64,000 nt of DNA from a virus, in the IMG/VR virus record IMGVR_UViG_3300045988_165705. One strand, 5' to 3'. Shown here piece by piece: positions 29,939 to 38,456 of the stretch; position 1 is the stretch's first letter, and every line of letters starts with the position of its first letter. The translations under genes and the position numbers were made by a program. The notes under the pieces are model-generated. The model worked only from the letters and a program-made list of their open reading frames with translations, was not told the origin of the DNA and searched no databases.

Positions 29939-31426
29939 TTATCCCCAGTCGTCAGAGTCTTCTCTGGACTGTTCCCCGGAGTCGGTCAGGCCTCCTGCAT
30001 CCTTCTGCGGAGCGCCTCCCTCATCGGTTGCCGCAGTGCTTGCAGAAGAACTCTGCGTAGAAGAACTCTGCAGCGGCTTAAACCGTTCGGCAAGACCGAG
30101 CACATCATTTTCAAGAAAACTCATGCAATCAACTTCGCTCTGAGACAACCCCTGCGATGCTGCATACATAGAAATAAAGGGAAGTCCATACTGGCACGCT
30201 TTGAGATACATATCTCCCAGTTCTTTCCTGTTAAAAGGACTGCAATCAAGGAATGTGATTTTGAAATTCTTTCCGTACCCCTGATACTGAATGAAGCGGT
30301 TGACCATATCCTCAATGCTTTTTACAATGCCAAAGGTAACCGCTTGGTCTGCCTTGATAGAAAGCAGCAACGCATTTGCGGATGCTTTATCATTGTTGAA
30401 CAGGAGCGAAGATACACCCGCCGCTGTAAAGAGATTCTGTTCAGCGTCAGAGATGGTATTCGTGTCACCGGTATTGGACTTCTCAAAGCTTATCTTGTTG
30501 ATAGGCATAGGGGAGAGAACACTGCCGATTTCCTCCGGCAGTACGGAATCCAGATTGCGCCAAAACTCTTTGGCCTTGTCCAAATCCATCTGCCATTCGC
30601 CATCCTCGTTGATACCAAGTGTCATAACAAGCATTGCATAGTTCTCAAGAGTAGTCTTGGTGAGCTTTAGCTGCTTATAATCTTCGAGGTCGTACACCTC
30701 CCGCAGAATGCCTGCGAACGGAGGAATAGCGTAGTCCAGAATATCATTGTTGCACTTGATAGCGAATGAGGTCGGGGAGTCCAGCTCCTGCCACTTCCGC
30801 TGTCTGTTCTTCTGATAGACCTTGTACTTGGTCTGGAACTCTGTCGGATAAAACTCCAGATACTGCGAGTGACCATCAAAATAGGAAAAATCGAATGTCA
30901 CATTCAGTACATTCCCCTCAATAGTCGAGATGGCGCAGTAATCAGCCGGAAGCTGCTGGATGGTAATGCTGTCGCTTGTGACCCACAGCGTTCCGTAGAA
31001 AGTGTCCTCGCGCAGACACACCGTCAATATCTTAGGAAACTGTGACCGCACATTCATTGCAGACATGGTATTCAAAACCTTTCTGTAGTTGCGGTTGACT
31101 GATTTCATATTGACGGTCTTAGGGTCAATGTGGTAAGGAGAGACAACATATGCAAAGTCGGAAAGGCCAGTGAAATACTGGATGAGCCTGCGGAAATGGG
31201 AACTCGCCCCATAGATATAAGTAACTGCCTTGCGAAGCTGCTTCTCATACCGGTACGGGTCGGTCAGATATGTAGAAATGTCGTCTTTCTTATATAGAGA
31301 AAATGTAGGCGCATTGGTATTATTGTTCAAATCCCTTGTAATCAGATGATTAAGCAGGGCGAACTTTCTGGAGATACCAATCATGCCCTCCATATTGGTA
31401 GACTTGCCGTTTTCAGAATTGCTCAC
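29939..31426 (-). CDS. Portal protein
   Basis: 495 aa, immediately downstream of the large terminase. Acidic Ser-rich C-terminal tail. The call rests on position and size. Confidence 0.65.
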   Translation of the reverse strand: MSNSENGKSTNMEGMIGISRKFALLNHLITRDLNNNTNAPTFSLYKKDDISTYLTDPYRYEKQLRKAVTYIYGASSHFRRLIQYFTGLSDFAYVVSPYHIDPKTVNMKSVNRNYRKVLNTMSAMNVRSQFPKILTVCLREDTFYGTLWVTSDSITIQQLPADYCAISTIEGNVLNVTFDFSYFDGHSQYLEFYPTEFQTKYKVYQKNRQRKWQELDSPTSFAIKCNNDILDYAIPPFAGILREVYDLEDYKQLKLTKTTLENYAMLVMTLGINEDGEWQMDLDKAKEFWRNLDSVLPEEIGSVLSPMPINKISFEKSNTGDTNTISDAEQNLFTAAGVSSLLFNNDKASANALLLSIKADQAVTFGIVKSIEDMVNRFIQYQGYGKNFKITFLDCSPFNRKELGDMYLKACQYGLPFISMYAASQGLSQSEVDCMSFLENDVLGLAERFKPLQSSSTQSSSASTAATDEGGAPQKDAGGLTDSGEQSREDSDDWG

Positions 31427-31444
31427 TCAGGTATCACCACCTTT

Positions 31445-33166
31445 CTATTTTATTTTTGGCGGCTTAAACATGAAGAAATCACTGGAGTTAAATTCTGCCG
31501 CCTTTGTGCGGATAAGCTTACTCTCAAGCTGTGCCGCCACATAGTAGTTATAGCTAAGGCTGGAATAGCGGTCTTTCCGCATACCTGCCCGTTCAAAAAT
31601 CTTTACCCGTCCACCGGACTCGTCATGCTGTAGTTTGACCAGTTCGTCAACCAACAAGGTCGTGTGGATATACGGCATCTGCAGCCTGACCTTTTCAGCG
31701 GGTGAAAGGCTGGCGTATCCTCTGATTTCAGACAGGATGTTTTCCGCCTCATACTCCGTAACGAGAAGGCGTATCTTGCCGCTTCGGAAACCCTCACGCA
31801 GCAGGACGGCACATTCGGAGTTCAGCGCAGGATTGCCCTTGATTGCCCAGATGACTTTATCTGCGCCCTTTACCGTGCATCTGTCTGCCATCTCCTGATT
31901 GTTACAACAGGACAGAGCAGGATAGATTTCACCGCTTTCCGGGTCAACCATATCTCGAACCAAAGCATCATACACGCCGAGTCCAAGCCCGGTGCAGTCC
32001 AGCACGATATAGTCACAATCGAACTCGTCGTAAAGCTTGCGGATAACCAACGCCTGGTCTTCTGTATGAAGCCCCTCTGAGGAGTCACCATAAATGATGT
32101 TGCTTGTGTATCTCCCTGATTTGGTCGGAAGCATCTGGTTGATGAACACAGCCGTTGCGTCGTTGTTATGCTTCTTGCTGGACATCAACGCAATATCAGC
32201 AGACAAGATTCGTTTTTCACCAAGTTGCTTTGGCTGGATTTTGATTTTGTTGTTGCCAAGGAGGACAGAAATGCGCTCCGGCAGCATGGGATATTTAATG
32301 CGCCTGTTCTTCGAGATGGAGTTGAACTCAAAGAACGAACCGTCCGTATCGCCAAACCAAAGGGCGTCCATTTCCATACTCCATTTCACTTCACTGAAGT
32401 CAGACTCTGACATCTGGTCTGCCACATCCTCTTTGAACAGAAGACCCTCTTGAATTGCCAGTTGATACGGGAATCCACACACGAAGTCTTTCCGCTTATC
32501 GTCCAGCATGAACCGGCAGTTGTCCTCAGCTTTGGTATAAGACCAATGGTCTTTGAAGTAGGCAGATGAAAGATACAGCGTCTTGTTGCGCTCCGCCAAG
32601 TGCTTATAGGCTGGATTGTTCAGATATCCGGGAAGTCTCGGGTTCGTCAGGAACTTACGGAGAATCGTGTCGATAATATCCTTGGATACCATGCGATACT
32701 CATCAATCAGCAGAATGTTGGCACGATTGCCTCGTGCATTATCACTGGCGGTAACGACCTTAATAAATGAACCGTTCTTAAATACAATCTGCGCATTGGT
32801 CGCATTTATCTTGGTCTGCTTATCGTCAATCTCATTACACAGCTCCGGCGAGCATGGCCGCAATTCTGTTTGTATCTTTTCAAGCACATTGATACTCTGA
32901 CCCCGTGTGCCGGAGGCGATGCATATCTTTGTACCGGGGTACAAGATACAACGGATACAGCAGAAGATTGCCGATAAGAATGTTTTACCCAGACCTCGAC
33001 TTGCAATAAAAACAAATGTCGTGGAGACATTCATCATCACCAGCAATATCTTCTGAAAAAGATGCAAGTCCAGATGCAGGTAGTCCTTTGCAAACCGATG
33101 GGGGTTCGCTCGATAATAGGCGCACCATACGGCGGCGCCGCTCATAATGCGCTCTTGTCGTGTCAC
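31445..33166 (-). CDS. terL: Terminase large subunit
   Basis: Walker A-like ASRGLGKT, Walker B-like ANILLIDEY, and a C-terminal nuclease-sized domain. 573 aa. The portal gene follows. Confidence 0.85.
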   Translation of the reverse strand: MTRQERIMSGAAVWCAYYRANPHRFAKDYLHLDLHLFQKILLVMMNVSTTFVFIASRGLGKTFLSAIFCCIRCILYPGTKICIASGTRGQSINVLEKIQTELRPCSPELCNEIDDKQTKINATNAQIVFKNGSFIKVVTASDNARGNRANILLIDEYRMVSKDIIDTILRKFLTNPRLPGYLNNPAYKHLAERNKTLYLSSAYFKDHWSYTKAEDNCRFMLDDKRKDFVCGFPYQLAIQEGLLFKEDVADQMSESDFSEVKWSMEMDALWFGDTDGSFFEFNSISKNRRIKYPMLPERISVLLGNNKIKIQPKQLGEKRILSADIALMSSKKHNNDATAVFINQMLPTKSGRYTSNIIYGDSSEGLHTEDQALVIRKLYDEFDCDYIVLDCTGLGLGVYDALVRDMVDPESGEIYPALSCCNNQEMADRCTVKGADKVIWAIKGNPALNSECAVLLREGFRSGKIRLLVTEYEAENILSEIRGYASLSPAEKVRLQMPYIHTTLLVDELVKLQHDESGGRVKIFERAGMRKDRYSSLSYNYYVAAQLESKLIRTKAAEFNSSDFFMFKPPKIK

Positions 33167-34203
33167 TCAGCGATACTCGCTTTGTCCGAGCTGAAGATGT
33201 CGTTGAACATTGCCTCATCATCTTCATCCTCGTATTCAGGGCGTTCAATACGCATCTTGGCAATTTCATCTTCGTACAACTTGCAGTATGTATTCTTAAT
33301 GCCAAGCATTTTGCAAAGATGTCCCAGGAACCAAATCGTGATGTAGCGAACGATTCCGTCCACATCCTTCAGCTCCGGGTCTGGTTCGGGAATAGGCTTC
33401 GTGTTTTCCCACTTCCGAATCCACACACCGAACGGCGTCCCATCGACCGCCGCATCTGCGCCCTCTTTTTTCTGCGCAGGTTTCAAGTTCATACTGCCAA
33501 GCAGCGTATTGAGAGCGTTGACATTCTTATCAATCGCCTTTCCCTGCGCACTATCACGACTGATTGTCGCTTCCAAAATACAAATCTGTTTATACAGAGA
33601 CCGTTCACTCGGTTCCACAACAGGAACGCCGTTTGTCCAGTCCTGATAGCGTCGCTCAAGCTCTACATAAAAATCGGATGTAAAGCCCGCCCCCCAGAAG
33701 TCAACAAGCCTCTGCTCAACCGGTGTTTCTTCGATTTCATCCGAAGTCTGCAAATGTTCAAGACAGACGCTATTATCCGGCTGCTGACAGTTCATCGCAG
33801 TACCCTCTGCGATAGTGTCGTCAAAGGTCTTGTCAATATATCGAATCAGGTTGGTCTTTCCGATATAATTGCGAATACGGGAATTGACGCCTGCGGTGCG
33901 CTCCACCATGTTATAGATATCTTCATTCCAATACAGGTCAAGCTTCATACACATCCGACGCATGGCCTCTTTGTCATCGCCGAGAGATGCTCTGTACTGT
34001 TCATACATATCCTCTACACAGTCGTTGCAGATAGGGAGATAGCCGGAACCGCGGTACATCAGACTGTGGCTGACAGGGAAATAACCCTTTTTGCGGCTAT
34101 ACGATGTGCCGCATCTGCAGCAGTAAAACTTCTGAGAGGTTTGGAGAGTCATTGAGTCATCTGTGGTCTTTTCAAGTTTTCTGCGTCTCGGGGTGTCTGC
34201 CAT
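33163..34203 (-). CDS. Putative small terminase / packaging accessory protein
   Basis: 4-nt overlap with terL. N-terminal Cys pairs (CCRCG...CNDC). The call is positional only, and 346 aa is long for a TerS. Confidence 0.35.
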   Translation of the reverse strand: MADTPRRRKLEKTTDDSMTLQTSQKFYCCRCGTSYSRKKGYFPVSHSLMYRGSGYLPICNDCVEDMYEQYRASLGDDKEAMRRMCMKLDLYWNEDIYNMVERTAGVNSRIRNYIGKTNLIRYIDKTFDDTIAEGTAMNCQQPDNSVCLEHLQTSDEIEETPVEQRLVDFWGAGFTSDFYVELERRYQDWTNGVPVVEPSERSLYKQICILEATISRDSAQGKAIDKNVNALNTLLGSMNLKPAQKKEGADAAVDGTPFGVWIRKWENTKPIPEPDPELKDVDGIVRYITIWFLGHLCKMLGIKNTYCKLYEDEIAKMRIERPEYEDEDDEAMFNDIFSSDKASIAE

Positions 34204-34515
34204 TTACATCCGCCCCCTTTTATGATTTCCCTCCCACAGCTTAACGGCCATACGCATTTTGTTGCCAGGGTAAAAGCGGGGAATCCAGTGCGCAGGGACA
34301 TCGACCTTCTCCCCGGTCTGTGGGTTCGGACAGCTTCGCGCCTTGCGTTCCAAAATATCGAAACAACCGAAGTTGTGAATTGAAATTGTATTGCCCTCTT
34401 CGAGATTTTCCAAAATAAGATTGGTAAAATCATCAACAATGCTTGTGGCGGCCTTCTTCGTGTAGCCATGCCTGTCCACAAGCTGCTGGATTAAATCGAC
34501 CCTTTTAATATCCAT
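34204..34515 (-). CDS. HU/IHF-family DNA-binding protein
   Basis: GYTKKAATSIVDDF...FG.F...ERKAR..PNPQTGEKV.VPA...P.F.PG matches the HU/IHF fold signature. Confidence 0.8.
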   Translation of the reverse strand: MDIKRVDLIQQLVDRHGYTKKAATSIVDDFTNLILENLEEGNTISIHNFGCFDILERKARSCPNPQTGEKVDVPAHWIPRFYPGNKMRMAVKLWEGNHKRGRM

Positions 34516-34532
34516 CCTTGCCTTCCTTTCCG

Positions 34533-35564
34533 TTACAGGTCTGACAGTGACTTCTGTGCGTCAGACCGAATATCACCATTCTCGTCAAAGTACTGCGAAA
34601 TCTGTTCCTCTGCGCTCAGGTCTTTATAAACGCGAACCATGTCAGCAGATTCCCACCCGATGATGTCTTGAATGATATTGTCTGGCAAACCGAGCTTGGA
34701 AAGGTGCGTTGTAAAGTAATGCCGCAGACTGTGCCAGTAAAAATCTTCACCTGTCATCCTGCTAAAGGTGTTCGCCCAGCTGTTGAGCGTTGTCTCACTC
34801 ATTTGTTCACTTGTCGTTCCAGCAGGAAACAGCCACTCACTTTCAATACCAAGTTCCGTCCGTTCACGCATCCATGCATCAAAATATGGTTTGAACTTTT
34901 TTGCCAGCGTGTAGCAGTAAATGTATTTGCCCAGGCCGAACCCTTTTGTCTGAATCGGTTCACTGGTCTTGTACAACGCCCCGCCGCATACAAGGTTGTC
35001 ATTTTTGAAATCGTCAACCCGGAATCGGCAAAGCTCTGCCTTGCGTCGCCCACTGCACATAGCGAGAGCCACGGCACAGGCCTTTTTGTTTTGCCCGGAA
35101 GCAAGCAGGTCATCAAGCAGCTTGTCCAGCGCTTCGTCGCTCCACACCGTTTTCTTTCGCACCTGCTGCATAGCTGGGTTCTCTATCTTCCTTACGGTAG
35201 AACGGAACCCCTTAAACTCGTCTTCATCATCCAAGATGTTCTCCACATAGTTGGAGAGCGAAGAAATTGCAGACTTCAAACGCCGCACACGAGCGGGAGA
35301 ATTACCGTTCTCATTGATGAGCCAATGCTGATATGCGGCATAGTCGCGCTTGGAGATTTTCGGGAAAAACTTGTTCCCGTTGTTCTGCAAGTTCCAAACC
35401 CAGAAAATATCAAGGTCATTTGCGTAGCCCGCAATCGTCTTCGGACTGCGCTGCACAGACTGCAGATAAGCAATAAAATCCTGCTTTAGCCGGATGTTTT
35501 CCGGGTTGACCTGACTTAAAAGCTCAGGGCTTGTGATTTCGTTTTGCTTTGTTTTTCGGGGCAT
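34533..35564 (-). CDS. Tyrosine recombinase / phage integrase
   Basis: SAM-like N-terminal domain (TIAGYANDLDIFWVW). Catalytic-domain motifs AMCSGRRKAE, WHSLRHYFTT and WESADMVRVY. Start set at MPRKTKQ. Confidence 0.85.
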   Translation of the reverse strand: MPRKTKQNEITSPELLSQVNPENIRLKQDFIAYLQSVQRSPKTIAGYANDLDIFWVWNLQNNGNKFFPKISKRDYAAYQHWLINENGNSPARVRRLKSAISSLSNYVENILDDEDEFKGFRSTVRKIENPAMQQVRKKTVWSDEALDKLLDDLLASGQNKKACAVALAMCSGRRKAELCRFRVDDFKNDNLVCGGALYKTSEPIQTKGFGLGKYIYCYTLAKKFKPYFDAWMRERTELGIESEWLFPAGTTSEQMSETTLNSWANTFSRMTGEDFYWHSLRHYFTTHLSKLGLPDNIIQDIIGWESADMVRVYKDLSAEEQISQYFDENGDIRSDAQKSLSDL

Positions 35565-35596
35565 ACAAGCCACCTCGCTTTCTGTAGAATTAAAAC

Positions 35597-35672
35597 TGGT
35601 TGCGGGCACCGGAGTTGAACCGATTCCTCAAGGTTTATGAGACCTGCGACTTAACCGCTTGTCCTGCCCGCA
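35597..35672 (-). tRNA. tRNA-Met: tRNA-Met/Ile2 (anticodon CAT)
   Basis: Hand-folded cloverleaf: 7-bp acceptor stem, T-arm ATCGG/TTCAACT/CCGGT, anticodon loop CTCATAA, CCA encoded. The D-stem has only 3 bp and there is one C-T mismatch in the anticodon stem. Confidence 0.75.
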
Positions 35673-35675
35673 ATA

Positions 35676-35761
35676 TGGTGGGAGAGGTTGGATTTGAACC
35701 AACGCAGCCCGAAGGCGGCAGATTTACAGTCTGCTGTAATTGACCGCTCTACCACTCTCCC
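35676..35761 (-). tRNA. tRNA-Tyr: tRNA-Tyr (GTA), class II
   Basis: Acceptor GGGAGAG/CTCTCCC. Anticodon arm GCAGA-CTGTAAA-TCTGC. Long variable arm. T-arm GTTGG-TTCAAAT-CCAAC. CCA encoded. Confidence 0.9.
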
Positions 35762-35767
35762 AAAGTA

Positions 35768-35843
35768 TGGTGAGGTCGGAGGGAATCGAACCCATCGTTA
35801 CCGCCGTGAAAGGGCGGTGTCTTAGCCGCTTGACCACGACCCC
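35768..35843 (-). tRNA. tRNA-Glu: tRNA-Glu (TTC)
   Basis: Acceptor GGGGTCG/CGACCTC. Anticodon arm CCGCC-CTTTCAC-GGCGG. CCA encoded. The T-stem has an internal mismatch. Confidence 0.75.
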
Positions 35844-35894
35844 GTGTAAAAAACTTATATTCTGCGTCAAAGCGAATGCGGCGGGGTGGAGGGG

Positions 35895-36009
35895 TTAGAC
35901 GCAGAAGCCGAAAGCGACGCCACAACTGAAGCTGGCGAAGCAACGGCTGGCGGAGCCGGAGCTGTAGACACAACAGAAAAAACCGCTGTCGCCAGAATAA
36001 GGAGAACGC
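35895..36009 (-). repeat. Variable-repeat-like segment, copy 2 (partner 55125..55239)
   Basis: 115 nt, about 89 percent identical to 55125-55239 in reverse complement. All 13 differences fall in 8 codons, and almost all are at first or second codon positions. Confidence 0.8.
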
Positions 36010-36212
36010 TCCCACCAGTCGTTAGCGGAGCCACCTTTGTTCTTTACCTTCGAGTTGCCCGCCTTGTAATAGGCGTACTGCGTTCCTTCGCCGGAGACGG
36101 AGTAGGTGTGCCGAAGCCCAACAAAATCAGAAGAGGGCTGCCCATCACGGACAGCCCTCGCGGGTTGTTTATTGAAGAGGAACGCTGTAAGAGCAACGGA
36201 CTCCATCTGCAT
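35895..36212 (-). CDS. Small lectin-like (WW.RSP...GV.FGFC) protein carrying a DGR-type variable C-terminus
   Basis: The C-terminus WWERSPYSGDSGFFCCVYSSGSASRCFASFSCGVAFGFCV is paralogous to the end of 54580..55239. Start is uncertain (ATG at 36212, 36206 or 36245, none with an RBS). It overlaps the 3' end of the 36169..37335 gene and could be a truncated copy. Confidence 0.5.
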   Translation of the reverse strand: MQMESVALTAFLFNKQPARAVRDGQPSSDFVGLRHTYSVSGEGTQYAYYKAGNSKVKNKGGSANDWWERSPYSGDSGFFCCVYSSGSASRCFASFSCGVAFGFCV

Positions 36213-37335
36213 CGCAGACGCATACCATCTGTTCCGCTTTCCCATAGATTCGCTTCTGCACGCAGTAGTCGTCCATACCGAGAAAGCTTCCTGCCATAAT
36301 GGTTTTAACGCCCTGCACTTCATCCATTTTGTTATGATGCAAGTGCCCGGACAACACAGCGTACAGCGGGGTTCTTGCCATTGTCTGCAATGCCTGCACT
36401 TTGCTGGCGGAACCATCAAAATCTCCGTGGACGCCACAGTATGTCTTGCCACGGATATTGATAAGATACATGGTGCTGTCGATTTTGACGGAGCTTCCTT
36501 CCGCTGCACCGATAGTTACATTCTCAAAGTTTTGTAATCGTGCGCCGAGATACCACTCGACCAAGTCATCTAAACGCTCGCTGAGCAAAGCGTCATCCTT
36601 GTTTGGCGTAATGCGGCTGTGATTACCCGCCACACTAACAAACACCACAGACTTGAAATGCTTGCTCAGTTCGGCAATAAACTCTGCAATCAATTCTGAA
36701 ACGCCCTTGATTTGCTCAATCACATTTTCTTTGTTGGTGATGGCAATAGACTGATGAATGTTCCCGCTGATAGCGTCGCCATTTGACCAGACGATACAGT
36801 TCTCACTGCCATGAGTCTCACCAATAGCGATGACCTTATCCAGATACCGGCACATCATCTCTCGGCACACATTTGAGTTGTATGTATTCCAATGGTTGTC
36901 CACATCCGCGCCATAGTGAATATCATTGAGGCTGACCAACAGGTCGTTGTCAGACGGCTCGATGTGGCACGGCTCATAGGCAAGGCGAGGTAAATTTCCG
37001 TTCCTGACTGCCTCCACAAGAATCTCGTTAAGTTCCTCCTGTCGGGAACGCTCACGAATCAGTTTGTTGAATGCATTTCTCTGGTCAAAGAACTTCTGCC
37101 GCTCCTTAAGCAGTTCAATGCGTCTGGCCTCCAATGCAGATAACTGCTCTTCGTCGCATACGGCAGCCTCGCCATCACGCTCGATAGCTTCGATGATAGT
37201 ACGCATCCCGTACATCCGCTTCCGGACTTCACTGGAGTTGAAGCAGTTGCCCTCACCAAACAGACGCTCACTCAAGTCCTCGTACTCATCGTCTATGGTG
37301 TGGTCAACCAACTTTCCCATAACGATGTCGCGCAT
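36169..37335 (-). CDS. Metallophosphoesterase (calcineurin-like) with coiled N-terminal region
   Basis: Motifs NDIHYG, NGDAISG, AGNHS, GHLHH and VHGDFDG fit the MPP metal-binding pattern. Confidence 0.7.
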   Translation of the reverse strand: MRDIVMGKLVDHTIDDEYEDLSERLFGEGNCFNSSEVRKRMYGMRTIIEAIERDGEAAVCDEEQLSALEARRIELLKERQKFFDQRNAFNKLIRERSRQEELNEILVEAVRNGNLPRLAYEPCHIEPSDNDLLVSLNDIHYGADVDNHWNTYNSNVCREMMCRYLDKVIAIGETHGSENCIVWSNGDAISGNIHQSIAITNKENVIEQIKGVSELIAEFIAELSKHFKSVVFVSVAGNHSRITPNKDDALLSERLDDLVEWYLGARLQNFENVTIGAAEGSSVKIDSTMYLINIRGKTYCGVHGDFDGSASKVQALQTMARTPLYAVLSGHLHHNKMDEVQGVKTIMAGSFLGMDDYCVQKRIYGKAEQMVCVCDADGVRCSYSVPLQ

Positions 37336-37368
37336 TTCTTTATAGCTTGCTGTATTGGTGCCTATGGC

Positions 37369-37557
37369 TTACACTCCCTTTCGCTTGTCACGAGGACGCT
37401 CCTGCCCGCGCAGACTGCGCAGCAGCCGCATGGGTGCGCCTTCTTCGACCATATAATAATGATGCCGTTTCGAGTCGCTCTTCATCGTGCGCACAATGTG
37501 AACACGGGGGAACTTCTCACAAATGGCCTCTTTTTCAGATAAAGTAATTGCAATCAC
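37369..37557 (-). CDS. Hypothetical small basic protein
   Basis: 62-aa ORF in the same operon direction. Arg/Lys-rich C-terminus. Confidence 0.4.
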   Translation of the reverse strand: MIAITLSEKEAICEKFPRVHIVRTMKSDSKRHHYYMVEEGAPMRLLRSLRGQERPRDKRKGV

Positions 37558-37688
37558 TGAACTATCATCCTTTGCTTCAAATTTCTATTTTATAGGTTTG
37601 CTATTATCATTCATTACTACACCCCATCAAACACGCCCTTTTGCCTTGTGGCACAACGGTTTGACGGGGGTACTTTTTGTAAACAGAT

Positions 37689-38456
37689 TCAGTTTTTCAA
37701 AGCCTGTCTTCGGCGCATTACTGAATTAACAATCTGCCTTGTGTGCAGCTCTACGGCACAGTTGGGGCAATACTTCTGCGGGCGGCCTTTAGCGGGTTCC
37801 TGCATCTTCACAGTCAGGCCGCAGTTCTCGCACTCAAAGTACTGCCCGCCATAATGCTTCATGTACTGAAAGCCGAGATTGCGAAAGTCCTGAATATGTA
37901 TCGCTGTCTTACCGTTTTCCATAAAACATACCTGTACATTTAGGTTGTCAATCTTTTTGGAAAACCGAATAAAGCCAGCACTGCGCAGCTCTGCGAACAT
38001 CAAACTCTGCCGCTTGATAGAGGTATTGATATTCGCCATCTGCATAACCTCCTTGTCAGAACTGTTGACCCAATGGTTATTCTTGTCGGATGCAGCATCC
38101 CAGTACTTTGCAACGCACAACAGAGTAAACGCCAATCGCCGGAGCTGCTTACCCTCAAGCGTCTCAATCTTTCGCAGCTCGTTCTCAGTGATGTCAACTC
38201 CGTCCAGCCGAATCAATGGAAACTTGGCCGCATTCTTTGTCAGCTTGTCCAGAATGTCCGACCACTGGACAAGTGAGACGGACGGGTCGCACTGCAGCAT
38301 AAAGGAGTCGAGCAACCGTCGAATCTCCTTTTTGCTGTACTGGTTCTCATAGTAATATCTCGAAATGCGGCTAAGGGTCTCCACGGGCTTTGGGCCGAGG
38401 TCATGGTTGTTCAGCATTCTCTCCGCCCAGTCATATTCGTTAAGAACAATGCTCAT
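37689..38456 (-). CDS. Hypothetical protein with C-terminal zinc ribbon
   Basis: 255 aa with CENCG...CPNCA near the C-terminus. Its start overlaps the end of the RNA polymerase-like gene. Confidence 0.6.
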   Translation of the reverse strand: MSIVLNEYDWAERMLNNHDLGPKPVETLSRISRYYYENQYSKKEIRRLLDSFMLQCDPSVSLVQWSDILDKLTKNAAKFPLIRLDGVDITENELRKIETLEGKQLRRLAFTLLCVAKYWDAASDKNNHWVNSSDKEVMQMANINTSIKRQSLMFAELRSAGFIRFSKKIDNLNVQVCFMENGKTAIHIQDFRNLGFQYMKHYGGQYFECENCGLTVKMQEPAKGRPQKYCPNCAVELHTRQIVNSVMRRRQALKN

